A stretch of DNA of 64,000 bases from an uncultured Acidimicrobiia bacterium (GTDB lineage: Bacteria; Actinomycetota; Acidimicrobiia; Spongiisociales; UBA11373), in contig CAZEHO010000003.1 of NCBI GenBank assembly GCA_964511945.1, positions 62,431 through 126,430 of the forward strand, written 5' to 3'. The notes under the pieces are model-generated. The model did no database searches, was not told the DNA's origin, and saw nothing but the letters and a program-made list of their open reading frames with translations. Position 1 is the first letter of the stretch. Every line of letters begins with the position of its first letter. This document shows positions 47,912-57,953 of the stretch, in pieces. Position numbers and translations under genes: made by a program.

Positions 47912-49945
47912 TCAGTTGGTCAGATGGTGCAGCAGGAACCCGAAGGTGTCGGCGGTCTCTTCGATGAGCTTCGAGGTCGGCTTGCCCAGGCCGTGACCGG
48001 CCCTGGTTTCCACCCGCACGAGGAGCGGGTTCCCCGAACTCCCACCGGCCGCATACTGCAGCGCGGCGGCGAACTTCAGCGAGTGCATCGGCACCACTCG
48101 GTCGTCGCTCTCGGCAGTCATGATCAACGTCGGTGGATAGGTCGACGCATCACCCACGTTGTGGAGCGGCGAGTAGGCGGACAGCCACCGGAATGCTTCG
48201 GGGTCATTGATGGCGTCGCCGTATTCGACCGTCCAGAAACGCCCGGCCGTGAAGAGCTGATACCGGAACATGTCGGCGACCGGCACCTGGGTCACGACGG
48301 CACCGAACAGATCTGGTCGCTGCACGAGAGTCGCCGCCGTCAGCAGGCCTCCGTTGGAGCGGCCCCGGATCCCGAGCTGAGGTGTCGTGGTAACGCCCTC
48401 AGCAATGAGCTGCTCGGCACAAGCGATGAAGTCGTCGAACACCTGCTGCTTGTTTCCCAGCATCCCCTGTTCGTGCCAGGTCTCGCCCTGCTCGGTCCCG
48501 CCGCGGATGTTGGCAACGACAACCACCCCACCCGCCTCCAGCCAGGCCAGGCGGGCCGGGTCGTACATCGGGGTGCTGGTCGCGGTGAATCCGCCGTACC
48601 CGTAGAGCTCGGTCGGTGCCGGCAGTGGAGTCTCCGCCAACCGCACGCAGAACATGCCCACGGCGGCTCCATCGGTCGAGGTGGCATGGCGGCGCTCCAC
48701 GATCACCCGGTCGGGATCGAGGCGGGGCTCGGCCCCGGCGAACACCGAGGTGACACCGTCTTCCCAGCGCAGCGCACCCGGTGGATGTAGGAACGATTGG
48801 AACGAGACGAACACCGTTGGTTCCTGCGGCCGGCCGTGGATCTCGGTCACCGTTCCGGCGGCGGGGAGGGCGAACTCGCCGTCCGGGGTCCCATCGATAC
48901 CAAACACCCGGATGCGATGGGACGCTTCGTCGAGTGAAACCAGCAGCAGGCGATTCGCTGCCGCCATAGCGATCTCGACCGGCATGGAGCCTTCGGGAAT
49001 CAGCTCGATGCGATCCTCCGGCGAATCGAGCGGGATGCCGACGACCCTGCCGTTTGGCGCATCGAGATCGGTGAGCACGATCAAGTTCCCATCGTCGTGC
49101 AGCAGAAACTCGTGCATCGCAACACCGGTGTCGACGATCCTGACGAACTGGGCATCCGGTTCGTCGAGGGGCAGGACGAGCAGTCCGGTCTGTCGGGATG
49201 TGCCGTCGAACTCGGTCAGCATCAGGAACGCCTCGTCGTGGGTCACCTCGGCCCAGTACCCCAGATCGGGACGCTCCGGATTGGCAAAGATCAGAACGTC
49301 CTCATCCTGCGGCGTGCCGAGCCGGTGGTAGTAGACGGTCTCGTTCTCGAAGAGGCCGACGTCACCCTCCGGCAGATCGGGGAAGCGGCTGTAGAAGAAC
49401 CCCTCCCGATACCAGGCAATCCCGGTGAAACGCAGGTGGTGAAGTTCATCCGGTAGATCCTCTCCCGTCGCCGTGTCACGCACCCGAGCGATCTGACGGT
49501 CCGACCCGGCTTCGGAGACCGTGTAGCCGAGCAGGCGGCCGTCGGGTGAGAGCGACCACACACTGATTGCAACGGCGCCGTCGTCGGACATCGTGTTGGG
49601 GTCGATGAGCACCTCGGGCTCCGACCCCTCCCGGGACCGGTAGATGCTGGGCTGTTCGGCAATGCCATCGTTGTGGGTCCACACGGTGACGCCGTTGCAA
49701 AGCACGGGTGCCGACGTACGCGGTGTGTCCCAGAGCGCAGCGATACGTTCCCGGAGTGAAACCACCTCTGGAAGCGATGCCAGGTAGGGGAAGGTGACGT
49801 CGTTCTGGGCACGAACGAACTCCTTCGTCTCGGGAGCGTCGGGATCTTCGGTCCAGCGGTATGGGTCGGCGACCGGGGTCCCGTGGTAGTCGTCGATTTG
49901 GTCGGAGCGTCGTGCGGACGGGTACGTGAAGGCCATGGCCCGCAA
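47912..49945 (-). CDS. Prolyl oligopeptidase (S9A family serine peptidase)
   Basis: N-terminal beta-propeller signature (DDYHG..V.DPYRWLED) and catalytic GRSNGGLL. Confidence 0.85.
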   Translation of the reverse strand: MRAMAFTYPSARRSDQIDDYHGTPVADPYRWTEDPDAPETKEFVRAQNDVTFPYLASLPEVVSLRERIAALWDTPRTSAPVLCNGVTVWTHNDGIAEQPSIYRSREGSEPEVLIDPNTMSDDGAVAISVWSLSPDGRLLGYTVSEAGSDRQIARVRDTATGEDLPDELHHLRFTGIAWYREGFFYSRFPDLPEGDVGLFENETVYYHRLGTPQDEDVLIFANPERPDLGYWAEVTHDEAFLMLTEFDGTSRQTGLLVLPLDEPDAQFVRIVDTGVAMHEFLLHDDGNLIVLTDLDAPNGRVVGIPLDSPEDRIELIPEGSMPVEIAMAAANRLLLVSLDEASHRIRVFGIDGTPDGEFALPAAGTVTEIHGRPQEPTVFVSFQSFLHPPGALRWEDGVTSVFAGAEPRLDPDRVIVERRHATSTDGAAVGMFCVRLAETPLPAPTELYGYGGFTATSTPMYDPARLAWLEAGGVVVVANIRGGTEQGETWHEQGMLGNKQQVFDDFIACAEQLIAEGVTTTPQLGIRGRSNGGLLTAATLVQRPDLFGAVVTQVPVADMFRYQLFTAGRFWTVEYGDAINDPEAFRWLSAYSPLHNVGDASTYPPTLIMTAESDDRVVPMHSLKFAAALQYAAGGSSGNPLLVRVETRAGHGLGKPTSKLIEETADTFGFLLHHLTN

Positions 49946-49969
49946 GGGTAGGTCGGAGCCGTCCCGGTC

Positions 49970-52900
49970 CTACTTATAGATGCTGATCGAGCCGACCGCC
50001 CCGGAGCCGTCACCCGACCAATTGGTGGTGTCGTCACCCGGCTTACCGATCACGATCAGATCGCCGCCCGCTGCCACCGACCAACCCATGAAGTCGTCGG
50101 CGTCGGCGTCGTTGTCGTCCAGTCGAGTCTCGTACCAGGTGTCGTTAGTGGAGTGATGGAAGATGAAGGCCGCGCCGCCGTTCGTCGCCTCGCCGTCGTC
50201 CATCGAGGCGCCAACCACGACCCAGCGGCCGACGACCCCGACGGCACACCCGAAGTCGTCGCTGGTGGACGGGGTCGCGGGTTGCAGCATGGTGGCTTGG
50301 GACCATGCGGCTCCGCCCCAGTCGTAGACGTACGCAGCGCCGTGGTTCCCGCCGTAGCCGGTGGCCCCAACCACCAACCGGTCGCCGGAGACCGCCACCG
50401 CGGTTCCGAAACTGTCGTTGGCATCGCCGGCGGTGAGCTTGGCTTCGTTCCAGGCCGAACCGCTCCAGCGATAGGCGTAGGCCGCCCCGGCGCCGTCGCC
50501 GCTGGCGTCCTCACCGGCGGCACCCACCACCACGAAGTCGCCGGCCGTCGCCACTGCGGCACCGAATCGGTCATCGGACTCAGCGTCGGATGCCGTCAGC
50601 TTCGTCTCGACCCAGGCGGATCCATTCCAGTCGTAGACGTATACCGCGCCGCCGGGGGCATCCTTCGGAGCACCGACGATGATGCGATCGCCGTCGATGG
50701 CGACTGCGGCGCCGAACTGGTCGTTCGCCGTGCCGTCCGAAGCCTGGAGCGTGGCAGTCTTCGACCAGGTGCCTCCGCTGTTGGTGTAGACGTAGGCGGC
50801 GCCCTCGCTCCAATCCTGACCCGGTGCTCCCACAACGATGCGGTTGCCGGAAACGGCCACCGACCGGCCGAACTTCATCCAGGTCGGGGTCCCGACCGGG
50901 ACCGGTGCGTTGACAATGGCCTCATTCCAGGCGCCGCCGGCGCCGGGGGTGTAGATCTGGATCCGACCGTGGTTGCCCGAACCGGTGAAGTCGGCTCCTC
51001 CAACCACCGTTGCGCCGTCCGTCGCCACCGAGATCCCGTGGCTCTCCCAGGCGGCGTTGGCTCGATCGAACCATATCTCGAGCCAGTTCTTCGGGCCGAC
51101 GTCGAAGGTGACCGTTGCCGTGTTCGAGTCCTCGAAGCCGTCGCTGGCTCGATACGTGAAGGTGTCGCTGCCGATGAAGTCGCCTTCCGGGGTGTAGGTG
51201 AACGACCCATCGGCGCTCAGGTCGAGGGTGCCGTGGGCCGGGCTTGTTTCGGGCTGAACCCCGGCGGTCCCAGCATCGGTGTCGACGACCGTGAGGTCGT
51301 TGCCGTCGGGGTCGGTGTCGTTGGACAGGATGCCGGATGCAGCGTTGCGGCTGATCGGCCACTCCATCACCGTGGCTAACGGGCCATCGTTCACCGCCGT
51401 CGGTGGATCGTTGGGCGGGTTGATCGTGATGGTCACCGTCGCCACGTTCGATTCGAGGCTCCCGTCCGTTGCCCTGTAGGTGAAGGTGTCCTCGGTGGCC
51501 GTGCCGCCATCGTGGACGTAGGTGAACGTGCCGTCGAGGTTGAGGGTGAGGTCACCGTGATCGACGTTGCCTACCGGCTGGACGCCTGCGGTGCCCGCAT
51601 CGTTGTCGACCACCTGAAGCGCATCGCCGTTGGCATCGGTGTCGTTGTCGAGCACCCCGTTGACGACGAGAGTTTCGCCCTGCTCGACCGAGTAGCCGTC
51701 GTCGTTCGCCAGCGGCGCAACATTCACAGCCGGGATCACCTTGATCTTGATGCCGTCGCCGGGTCCTCCCGTGTTGTGGTAGTAGAGCGCGTTGTTGGCG
51801 CCCGGATTCACATACGGAGTGATCTCGATCCAACTCCAATGCCCGTCGCTTCCCTTCGTCACGGCATCCCACTCGATGTCCCAGTAGTAGGAGTCGTCGG
51901 TGAAGTAGCGCCACTCCGAGATCCGGGTCCCGTTGATGTCGAGCCGGCCCTGCCAGGAGCCGAACCGCCACGTATCCCACTCCCGCGGGACGCACCCGCC
52001 GAAGCCGTCGTTGTCGCAGCCGTAGTGGGCGACAAACACCGCGGTGTAGCTCGACGGGAGGGTGAACGGGTATTGGGTCGTGCCGAACGTATCCGTGCCG
52101 AGCCACATGACGTCGGCAGGCTCGATGGTCAGCGTCACCGTGGCCAGGTTCGAGTTGCCCGATCCGTCGGTCGCCCGGTACGTAAAAGAGTCTGCAGACG
52201 CCGCGGAGCCATCGTGGACGTACATGAAGGATCCGTCGGCATTCAGTGTGAGCGCACCATGGGCCGGCGGCGTGACCGGCGCAGGACCGGCAACGGTGAT
52301 CGGGTCGCTCCCGGGATCCGAGTCGTTGTCGAGCACCCCGTCGGCCGGGACGAACAGCGTGTCCTCCCGGTGCACCGTGTAGGCATCGTCGGCGGCACAC
52401 GGATCGCAGATGGTGATGGTGACCGTGGCGGGATCGGACAACGCGGTTCCGTCCCAGATCCGATAGGTGAACGAGTCCGCAGTGGTGTCCGAACCATCGT
52501 GGGTGTAGGTCACCCGGCCGCTGCCGTACACGGTTGCGTTGCCGTGCACCGGATTCGTGTAGGACCACACGGAGAGGGCATCGTCTTCGGCGTCCGCGTC
52601 GTTCTCGAGTACACCGGGAGCGGCGTCATCGATCGCCCCGCCCTTCGCCACCGCATACCCATCGTCCACAGCCACCGGGTCGTCGTTGACCGGGTTGATC
52701 GTGATCGTGACCGTGGCCTCGTTCGATTCGGCCGCGCCGTCGGTCGCCTTGTAGGTGAACGAATCCGTCGTCGTCTCGGAACCGTCGTGGGTGTAAGTGA
52801 ACGACCCGTCGGCGGCCAGGTTCAGGGTCCCGTGGGACGGCCCGCTCTGTGCCTGGGCGTCGACCACCTGCAGCGGATTCGGCCCGTCCGGGTCGATATC

Positions 52901-55900
52901 GTTGTCCAGCACCCCGTTCACGTTCAGGATCCCGCCCTCGTCGACGCTGTACCCATCGTCCACAGCCACCGGGTCGTCGTTGACCGGGTTGATCGTGATC
53001 GTGACCGTGGCCTCGTTCGATTCGGCCGCGCCGTCGGTCGCCTTGTAGGTGAACGAATCCGTCGTCGTCTCGGAACCGTCGTGGGTGTAAGTGAACGACC
53101 CGTCGGCGGCCAGGTTCAGGGTCCCGTGGGACGGCCCGCTCTGTGCCTGGGCGTCGACCACCTGCAGCGGATTCGGCCCGTCCGGGTCGATATCGTTGTC
53201 CAGCACCCCGTTCACGTTCAGGGTCCCGCCCTCAGTGACGGCGTGGGAATCGTCGACCACCGTCGGAGGATCGTTCACCGGAGTGATCGTCAGAGTGACC
53301 GTGGCGGGGTCGGAATCATCGGTTCCGTCGTTGGCGGTGTAGGTGAACGAATCCGTCGTGGTCTCGGAACCGTCGTGGGTGTAGCTGAACGTGCCGTTGG
53401 CATTGAGCGTGAACGCGGCATCGTGATCGGGTTCGTCGACGACCACCGCCGTCAACCGACCCCCTTCCACGTCGGTGTCGTTGGCGAGCACTCCGTCCGG
53501 CACGAGGTAGTCGAGCCCCCCGCCTTCAAAGAGCGTGGTGTCACCTTCCGACCCGGCGGCGGGATCGTCGACGGCAGCCGGCGGGTCGTTGACTGGAATG
53601 CCGAGGATGTCGTAGCAGCCAACCTCTGTGGCACCGTCGAATCCGGTGATCTTGACCGGGAAGTCCTCACCGCCGTCGTGGGTGTAGGAGAAAGTGCCGT
53701 CGGCATTCACATTGAATGCGGCGGCAAAGGCCGCGCCCTCGGCGTGCGTGGTCGGCGCACCGAAGTCGCCGTCGAAGCTGCCGCCTTCGGTGACCGGCGC
53801 TTGATCGCAGGTCTGGACTCCGTCGAGCGGGTTGCTGACCGTGCGCTCGATTGGCGTCGGATCCTGCTCGTCCAGCTCGATGTCCCACACGATGACGGGA
53901 TCGGGATCGATCACCTGATCGGGCGGAACCGAGAACACCAGATCGTTGATGTGGGCGGCGAACTCCTTGGGGATGGTGAGCACATACTCGAAGGGGTCGG
54001 AACCGGGTCCGCCGCCCACCGCCCACACCCGGATGACCATCTGCAGGAAGTGTCCGACCGATCCGTCGCCCGCGTTCGTGCGGATCGCCCGGTACCTGGT
54101 CCCGGTGGCCACCGTGCCCGCGCCGTTCTGGGTCACTATCTCTTCGGTCTCGGCGGTGACCGTCTGGGCAGGCGCAGTCATGGTGGCGCTGTCGAGGTCG
54201 TCCTCCACCGCCGCATCGCCGGGTGTCGAGTCGGGGTCCGCTTGATCGGAGGCCGCGACGGACGCCGTGTTTTCGATCTGTCCTTCACCACTGACCCGAG
54301 TCGTGATCTGGAGGCTCGCGGACGCACCCGGTGCAAGTGCACCGACCGTCCACACGCCGGTCGCGGCGTCGTAGGTGCCGCCCCCATCATCCGAGATGTA
54401 GTTCAACCCGTCGGGCAGTTGGTCGCTCACGGAGACTCCGGTGGCCTGGCCGGGCCCGCCGTTGCTCACCACGATCGTGAAGACGACTGCATCGAGGTAG
54501 CCGGGGTTCGCTTCGTCGACGCTCTTGGTAAGGGAAAGGTCGGCGGAAGTCCCGGCAGGGTCGTAGCCCTGACATTCACTGATAGTGCCGGCCCAGTTGC
54601 ACACCTGGAAGGGGTCCGAGTCGCCCCAGGAGCCGATCCCGTAGCGGTCGAGCCGTGCAGCCGAGAGCTCCCATGCGGCGCCGGTATCGACGTAGATGAG
54701 CACATCGATCCCGGGCGGATCCTCGTTCGGTTTGTAGTCACTGCGGCGCGGATAGAACGGCTCGTACACCATGGCGGCGCGTTGACCGCCGACGATCCCG
54801 ACGGCCCACTGGCCCCGAAACTCGAGCGGCACCCGCAGGAAGCTCCGGTTGATCCCACCGAGCCAGGCCGCCAGTCCGGCAGGCATCTGGGGTTGCGGGT
54901 TCGTTCCCGGGTTCGCGATCCACCCTGCAAACGCATCCACTGCAGCGATCAGATCCGCCGGGGCACCGTCGAGAATCACCGAAGTCTCGGGCTGCTCACA
55001 CGTCGCGAACACCGGACCGTCGATGCACGACTGGGTGCCCCACGACCCAATGATCAGATCGACACCAATCCCACCGTCGACCTGATCCGGCGGATCCCCC
55101 TCCTTGGTGCCGCGGGCTTTGACAATGTCTTCACCCTGCCCCCCAATCAGGGTCTCCCCACCATCCGTCGATCCAAAGATCCGATCGTTCTGGCCCCCAC
55201 CATCCATGTAGTCGCGCCCGGCGCCACCAAAGATGATGTCCTTGCCGGTCCCCCCGAAGATCTGATCGTTGCCCTTCCCGCCGTCCAGACCAACCGCCCC
55301 TCCAGCCATGACTGATTCGAATTGCTGCAGATTCACGGACGGGTCGAGATTCGGCGGGTAATCGTGACCCGGACCACCGTAGATCTTGTCCGGCCCGTTG
55401 CCGCCGAAGATCTGATCCCGACCCTTGTTCCCAGACAGGTTGTCGGGACCCGGACCCCCAAAGATGATGTCGTCGCCGGAGTTCCCCCAAATCCAGTCCG
55501 CTCCACCATGGGCCCCGTAGTCGGCGATCCCGATTCCGTACCACTGGCCATTCACGAACGCCTTGCCGCCACCGATCAGGATGTCGTTGCCGCCAAACCC
55601 GCAAATCATGTCATTGCCCAACCCGGCGTCAATGAAGTCGTCGCCCGACGTGCCGGCGATCACATCGTCGCCGTCCGTTCCGGGGAAGACCACGTCGTCC
55701 GGCCACTCCTCGGGGACCACGTGAGTGGCCTTTTGCCCGCCGCAGTAGGTCTCTGCCGAGGCCACACCGCCCACCATCACCAGCACCGACGCAATCACCG
55801 CCGACACCAGAGCGACCGAGGAGAGATGACGACAGCGGTTGCGCGACGGGGAGGGGTAGCTCGGCACCCTGGTTGTCTCGGACGTGGCCGGGAAGGGGAC

Positions 55901-56017
55901 GCGTTCCGATGTGAGACGGGAACGCCTCGATCTCAATGGCCGCTCTCTTATCCAGTGCAGCACGAAAGGCCTCATTCGCGCTCTCGCCAATCTCCCCCAT
56001 CTCCTGTAAGGGTGCAA
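49970..56017 (-). CDS. Giant (about 2000 aa) secreted multi-repeat adhesin-like protein. Domains in order: RTX-type Ca-binding GGxGxD repeats, a DUF11 domain, tandem cadherin-like/VCBS (T-95-type) repeats, C-terminal FG-GAP beta-propeller repeats.
   Basis: GNDMICGFGGNDILIGG and GGPGPDNLSGNKGRDQIFGGNGPDKIYGG (RTX nonapeptides). LSLTKSVD...VFTIVVSNGGPG (DUF11). Many VNDPP.AVDD...TYTHDGSETTTDSFTY..TDG repeats. FGAAVA..GD..VVGAP (FG-GAP) repeated about 6 times. Signal-like segment LSSVALVSAVIASVLVMVGGVASA. The exact start is uncertain (ATG 55975 or a nearby GTG). Confidence 0.8.
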   Translation of the reverse strand: MHPYRRWGRLARARMRPFVLHWIRERPLRSRRSRLTSERVPFPATSETTRVPSYPSPSRNRCRHLSSVALVSAVIASVLVMVGGVASAETYCGGQKATHVVPEEWPDDVVFPGTDGDDVIAGTSGDDFIDAGLGNDMICGFGGNDILIGGGKAFVNGQWYGIGIADYGAHGGADWIWGNSGDDIIFGGPGPDNLSGNKGRDQIFGGNGPDKIYGGPGHDYPPNLDPSVNLQQFESVMAGGAVGLDGGKGNDQIFGGTGKDIIFGGAGRDYMDGGGQNDRIFGSTDGGETLIGGQGEDIVKARGTKEGDPPDQVDGGIGVDLIIGSWGTQSCIDGPVFATCEQPETSVILDGAPADLIAAVDAFAGWIANPGTNPQPQMPAGLAAWLGGINRSFLRVPLEFRGQWAVGIVGGQRAAMVYEPFYPRRSDYKPNEDPPGIDVLIYVDTGAAWELSAARLDRYGIGSWGDSDPFQVCNWAGTISECQGYDPAGTSADLSLTKSVDEANPGYLDAVVFTIVVSNGGPGQATGVSVSDQLPDGLNYISDDGGGTYDAATGVWTVGALAPGASASLQITTRVSGEGQIENTASVAASDQADPDSTPGDAAVEDDLDSATMTAPAQTVTAETEEIVTQNGAGTVATGTRYRAIRTNAGDGSVGHFLQMVIRVWAVGGGPGSDPFEYVLTIPKEFAAHINDLVFSVPPDQVIDPDPVIVWDIELDEQDPTPIERTVSNPLDGVQTCDQAPVTEGGSFDGDFGAPTTHAEGAAFAAAFNVNADGTFSYTHDGGEDFPVKITGFDGATEVGCYDILGIPVNDPPAAVDDPAAGSEGDTTLFEGGGLDYLVPDGVLANDTDVEGGRLTAVVVDEPDHDAAFTLNANGTFSYTHDGSETTTDSFTYTANDGTDDSDPATVTLTITPVNDPPTVVDDSHAVTEGGTLNVNGVLDNDIDPDGPNPLQVVDAQAQSGPSHGTLNLAADGSFTYTHDGSETTTDSFTYKATDGAAESNEATVTITINPVNDDPVAVDDGYSVDEGGILNVNGVLDNDIDPDGPNPLQVVDAQAQSGPSHGTLNLAADGSFTYTHDGSETTTDSFTYKATDGAAESNEATVTITINPVNDDPVAVDDGYAVAKGGAIDDAAPGVLENDADAEDDALSVWSYTNPVHGNATVYGSGRVTYTHDGSDTTADSFTYRIWDGTALSDPATVTITICDPCAADDAYTVHREDTLFVPADGVLDNDSDPGSDPITVAGPAPVTPPAHGALTLNADGSFMYVHDGSAASADSFTYRATDGSGNSNLATVTLTIEPADVMWLGTDTFGTTQYPFTLPSSYTAVFVAHYGCDNDGFGGCVPREWDTWRFGSWQGRLDINGTRISEWRYFTDDSYYWDIEWDAVTKGSDGHWSWIEITPYVNPGANNALYYHNTGGPGDGIKIKVIPAVNVAPLANDDGYSVEQGETLVVNGVLDNDTDANGDALQVVDNDAGTAGVQPVGNVDHGDLTLNLDGTFTYVHDGGTATEDTFTYRATDGSLESNVATVTITINPPNDPPTAVNDGPLATVMEWPISRNAASGILSNDTDPDGNDLTVVDTDAGTAGVQPETSPAHGTLDLSADGSFTYTPEGDFIGSDTFTYRASDGFEDSNTATVTFDVGPKNWLEIWFDRANAAWESHGISVATDGATVVGGADFTGSGNHGRIQIYTPGAGGAWNEAIVNAPVPVGTPTWMKFGRSVAVSGNRIVVGAPGQDWSEGAAYVYTNSGGTWSKTATLQASDGTANDQFGAAVAIDGDRIIVGAPKDAPGGAVYVYDWNGSAWVETKLTASDAESDDRFGAAVATAGDFVVVGAAGEDASGDGAGAAYAYRWSGSAWNEAKLTAGDANDSFGTAVAVSGDRLVVGATGYGGNHGAAYVYDWGGAAWSQATMLQPATPSTSDDFGCAVGVVGRWVVVGASMDDGEATNGGAAFIFHHSTNDTWYETRLDDNDADADDFMGWSVAAGGDLIVIGKPGDDTTNWSGDGSGAVGSISIYK
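52750..53345. repeat. Perfect or near-perfect 294-bp tandem duplication inside the giant adhesin gene (two identical 98-aa cadherin-like repeat units)
   Basis: Nucleotide stretches 52797-52935 and 53091-53229 are identical (the shadow ORFs 52797..53048 and 53091..53342 share 46 identical N-terminal residues). The minus-strand protein repeats NVNGVLDNDIDPDGPNPLQVVDAQAQSGPSHGTLNLAADGSFTYTHDGSETTTDSFTYKATDGAAESNEATVTITINPVNDDPVAVDDGY exactly twice. Confidence 0.8.
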
Positions 56018-56112
56018 CGGACGAAAGTCACAATTGGTGACGATGCGTGGTCACCGACACTGTGCACACAAGATCGCTACCCTGCGTAGTCGAGAGCGTC
56101 GAGGGGTTCGGC

Positions 56113-57087
56113 GTGACGGGACCACGAAGAATCCGCCGGTTGCTGGTGCTGCTGGCCTCAGCTGCGGCGCTGGTCGTCGCCGGGGTCGTCCCGATGGCAG
56201 CTGCCGACGAGGAGTCGGCCGAACGCCTCGCCGCATCGGACTACCTGCTCGCCATGGGTGCCGCCGGTGACCTGGTCGCCGATCTCCAGCGATCCCTCAC
56301 CGACTTCGGCATCGACGCCGGGCCGATCGACGGCATCTTCGGAGCGCTCACCGAGGCGGCAGTGCTCGAATTCCAATCCCGTGCGGAGATCGACGTCGAC
56401 GGCTACGTCGGCCCCAAGACCAAGGCCGCCATTCTTCGAGCTGTCACCGGCGACACGCCCGATCCCACACCGCCTCCGGTCGTCACGGGTCCCGCCCTCT
56501 CCCCCGGAGCCGGCGGCGACGTCGTCGTCACGCTGCAGGAGGAACTGACCCGCACGGGCTTCTACCGGGGTGAACTCGATGGTGACTTCGGACCGCTCAC
56601 GGCGTCGGCGGTGGTCGCGTTCCACAAGGTGTGGGGTCTCGACCGAACCTCCACCTGGAACAGCTCGGATTGGGACCGAATCGACGGCTGGTTCCCCGCT
56701 CCCCCCGGATACGGCTCGGCGGCGTTCCGTCTCGAGATCGATCTCACCCGCGAGGTGGTCTTCGTCGTTCGCAACGGTACGGTCGCAGCGGTGATGCCGG
56801 TGTCGTCCGGGAACGGCGAGCTCTACACCAGCCGCTCCGGTGCGGTGGTCCCGGCACGGACACCACAGGGCGACTTCACGATGTTCCGCTCCGTCGACGA
56901 GTGGGAACGCTCCTACCTCGGTGAGATGTACGAGCCGTGGTACTTCTACGGGGGATACGCCCTGCACGGGTCGACCTTCGTACCGGCGTATCCGGCGTCA
57001 CACGGATGTGTGCGGGTGATTGTCGCCGACATGGACTGGCTCGACGGGCGCCTGTGGATCGGGATGCCGGTCCATGTTTGGGGCTGA
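56113..57087 (+). CDS. L,D-transpeptidase (YkuD domain) with two peptidoglycan-binding (PG_binding_1) repeats
   Basis: GTG 56113 with RBS GAGGGG. Signal peptide. Two LQ..L...G...G..DG.FG..T..AV..FQ PGBD repeats. Catalytic HGSTFVPAYPASHGCVRV. Confidence 0.8.
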   Translation: MTGPRRIRRLLVLLASAAALVVAGVVPMAAADEESAERLAASDYLLAMGAAGDLVADLQRSLTDFGIDAGPIDGIFGALTEAAVLEFQSRAEIDVDGYVGPKTKAAILRAVTGDTPDPTPPPVVTGPALSPGAGGDVVVTLQEELTRTGFYRGELDGDFGPLTASAVVAFHKVWGLDRTSTWNSSDWDRIDGWFPAPPGYGSAAFRLEIDLTREVVFVVRNGTVAAVMPVSSGNGELYTSRSGAVVPARTPQGDFTMFRSVDEWERSYLGEMYEPWYFYGGYALHGSTFVPAYPASHGCVRVIVADMDWLDGRLWIGMPVHVWG

Positions 57088-57149
57088 TCGCTCCCGGTGC
57101 CGGCACTCCACCCGTGCGTTTGCAGGCCCCGCCCCGTACCATGCGCGCC

Positions 57150-57953
57150 ATGCCAATGTTCATGGATGTTCATCCCGGGCTCGGGGACGCCACCCCTGAG
57201 GACGTCGCCGAAGCTCACGCCAAGGATCTCGCCATGCAGGACGAGTACGGGGTCCGCTGGCTGAGCTACTGGTTCAACGACCCCGAGGGCAAGGCGTTCT
57301 GCCTCGCCGAGGCGCCATCCGCCGATGCCCTCAAGCAATGCCACAAGGCGGCGCACGGGTTGATGCCGAACGAGATCGTCGAGGTCCCGGCACCGACCCT
57401 GGCAATGTTCATGGGGACCTGGAACAGCAACTCGGAAGATCGTGCCATGCAGGGCGAGGACCCCGACAGCGGTCTCCGAACGATCATGTTCACCGACATC
57501 GAGGGTTCGACCGCCCTCAGCACCCGGGAGGGTGACGCGGCTGCGATGGAGGTCGTTCGCCTTCACGATGCGATCGTCCGGGGATGTCTGGAGGAACACA
57601 GCGGCCGGGAGATCAAACACACCGGCGACGGTGTGCTGGCATCGTTCACGTCGGTGGCCGGAGCAGTGGAGACCGCCGCCGAGATTCAGCGCAAGGCGGC
57701 AACGCACGAAAACCTCGGGATCAAGGTCGGTCTCAGCGCCGGCGAACCCGTTGCCGAGAGCGACGACCTCTACGGCGCCGCAGTGAACCTGGCGGCCAGG
57801 ATCTGTGCTCACGCCCAGGGCGGGCAGGCGCTGGCGGCCTCCACGGTCCGCGATCTATCGATAGGCAAGCACGCTGAGTTCGTGGAGCAGGGCACCATCG
57901 CCCTCAAGGGATTCCCGGAGCCGGTTCGGCTCTTCGAGATCGTTTGGCAGTGA
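57150..57953 (+). CDS. Fusion protein: N-terminal DUF4242 (SCO4226-like metal-binding) domain plus C-terminal class III adenylate/guanylate cyclase domain
   Basis: N-term MPMFMDVH...YGVRWLSYWFND..G.AFCLAEAPSADA (DUF4242 pattern). C-term FTDIEGSTAL, HTGDGVLASF, GLSAGEPV...YGAAVNLAARI (CHD cyclase motifs). Confidence 0.7.
   Translation: MPMFMDVHPGLGDATPEDVAEAHAKDLAMQDEYGVRWLSYWFNDPEGKAFCLAEAPSADALKQCHKAAHGLMPNEIVEVPAPTLAMFMGTWNSNSEDRAMQGEDPDSGLRTIMFTDIEGSTALSTREGDAAAMEVVRLHDAIVRGCLEEHSGREIKHTGDGVLASFTSVAGAVETAAEIQRKAATHENLGIKVGLSAGEPVAESDDLYGAAVNLAARICAHAQGGQALAASTVRDLSIGKHAEFVEQGTIALKGFPEPVRLFEIVWQ

Noticed and set aside
51512-55315. 1267-aa plus-strand ORF, and 50153..51379, antisense to the giant adhesin gene
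   Set aside because: Val/Arg/Gly-rich translations with no domains. The minus-strand reading gives coherent RTX/DUF11/cadherin/FG-GAP domains.
56047-56112. ATG-less 5' extension of the L,D-transpeptidase ORF (track start 56047)
   Set aside because: GTG 56113, preceded by GAGGGG, gives a proper signal peptide start. The extension lacks an RBS.
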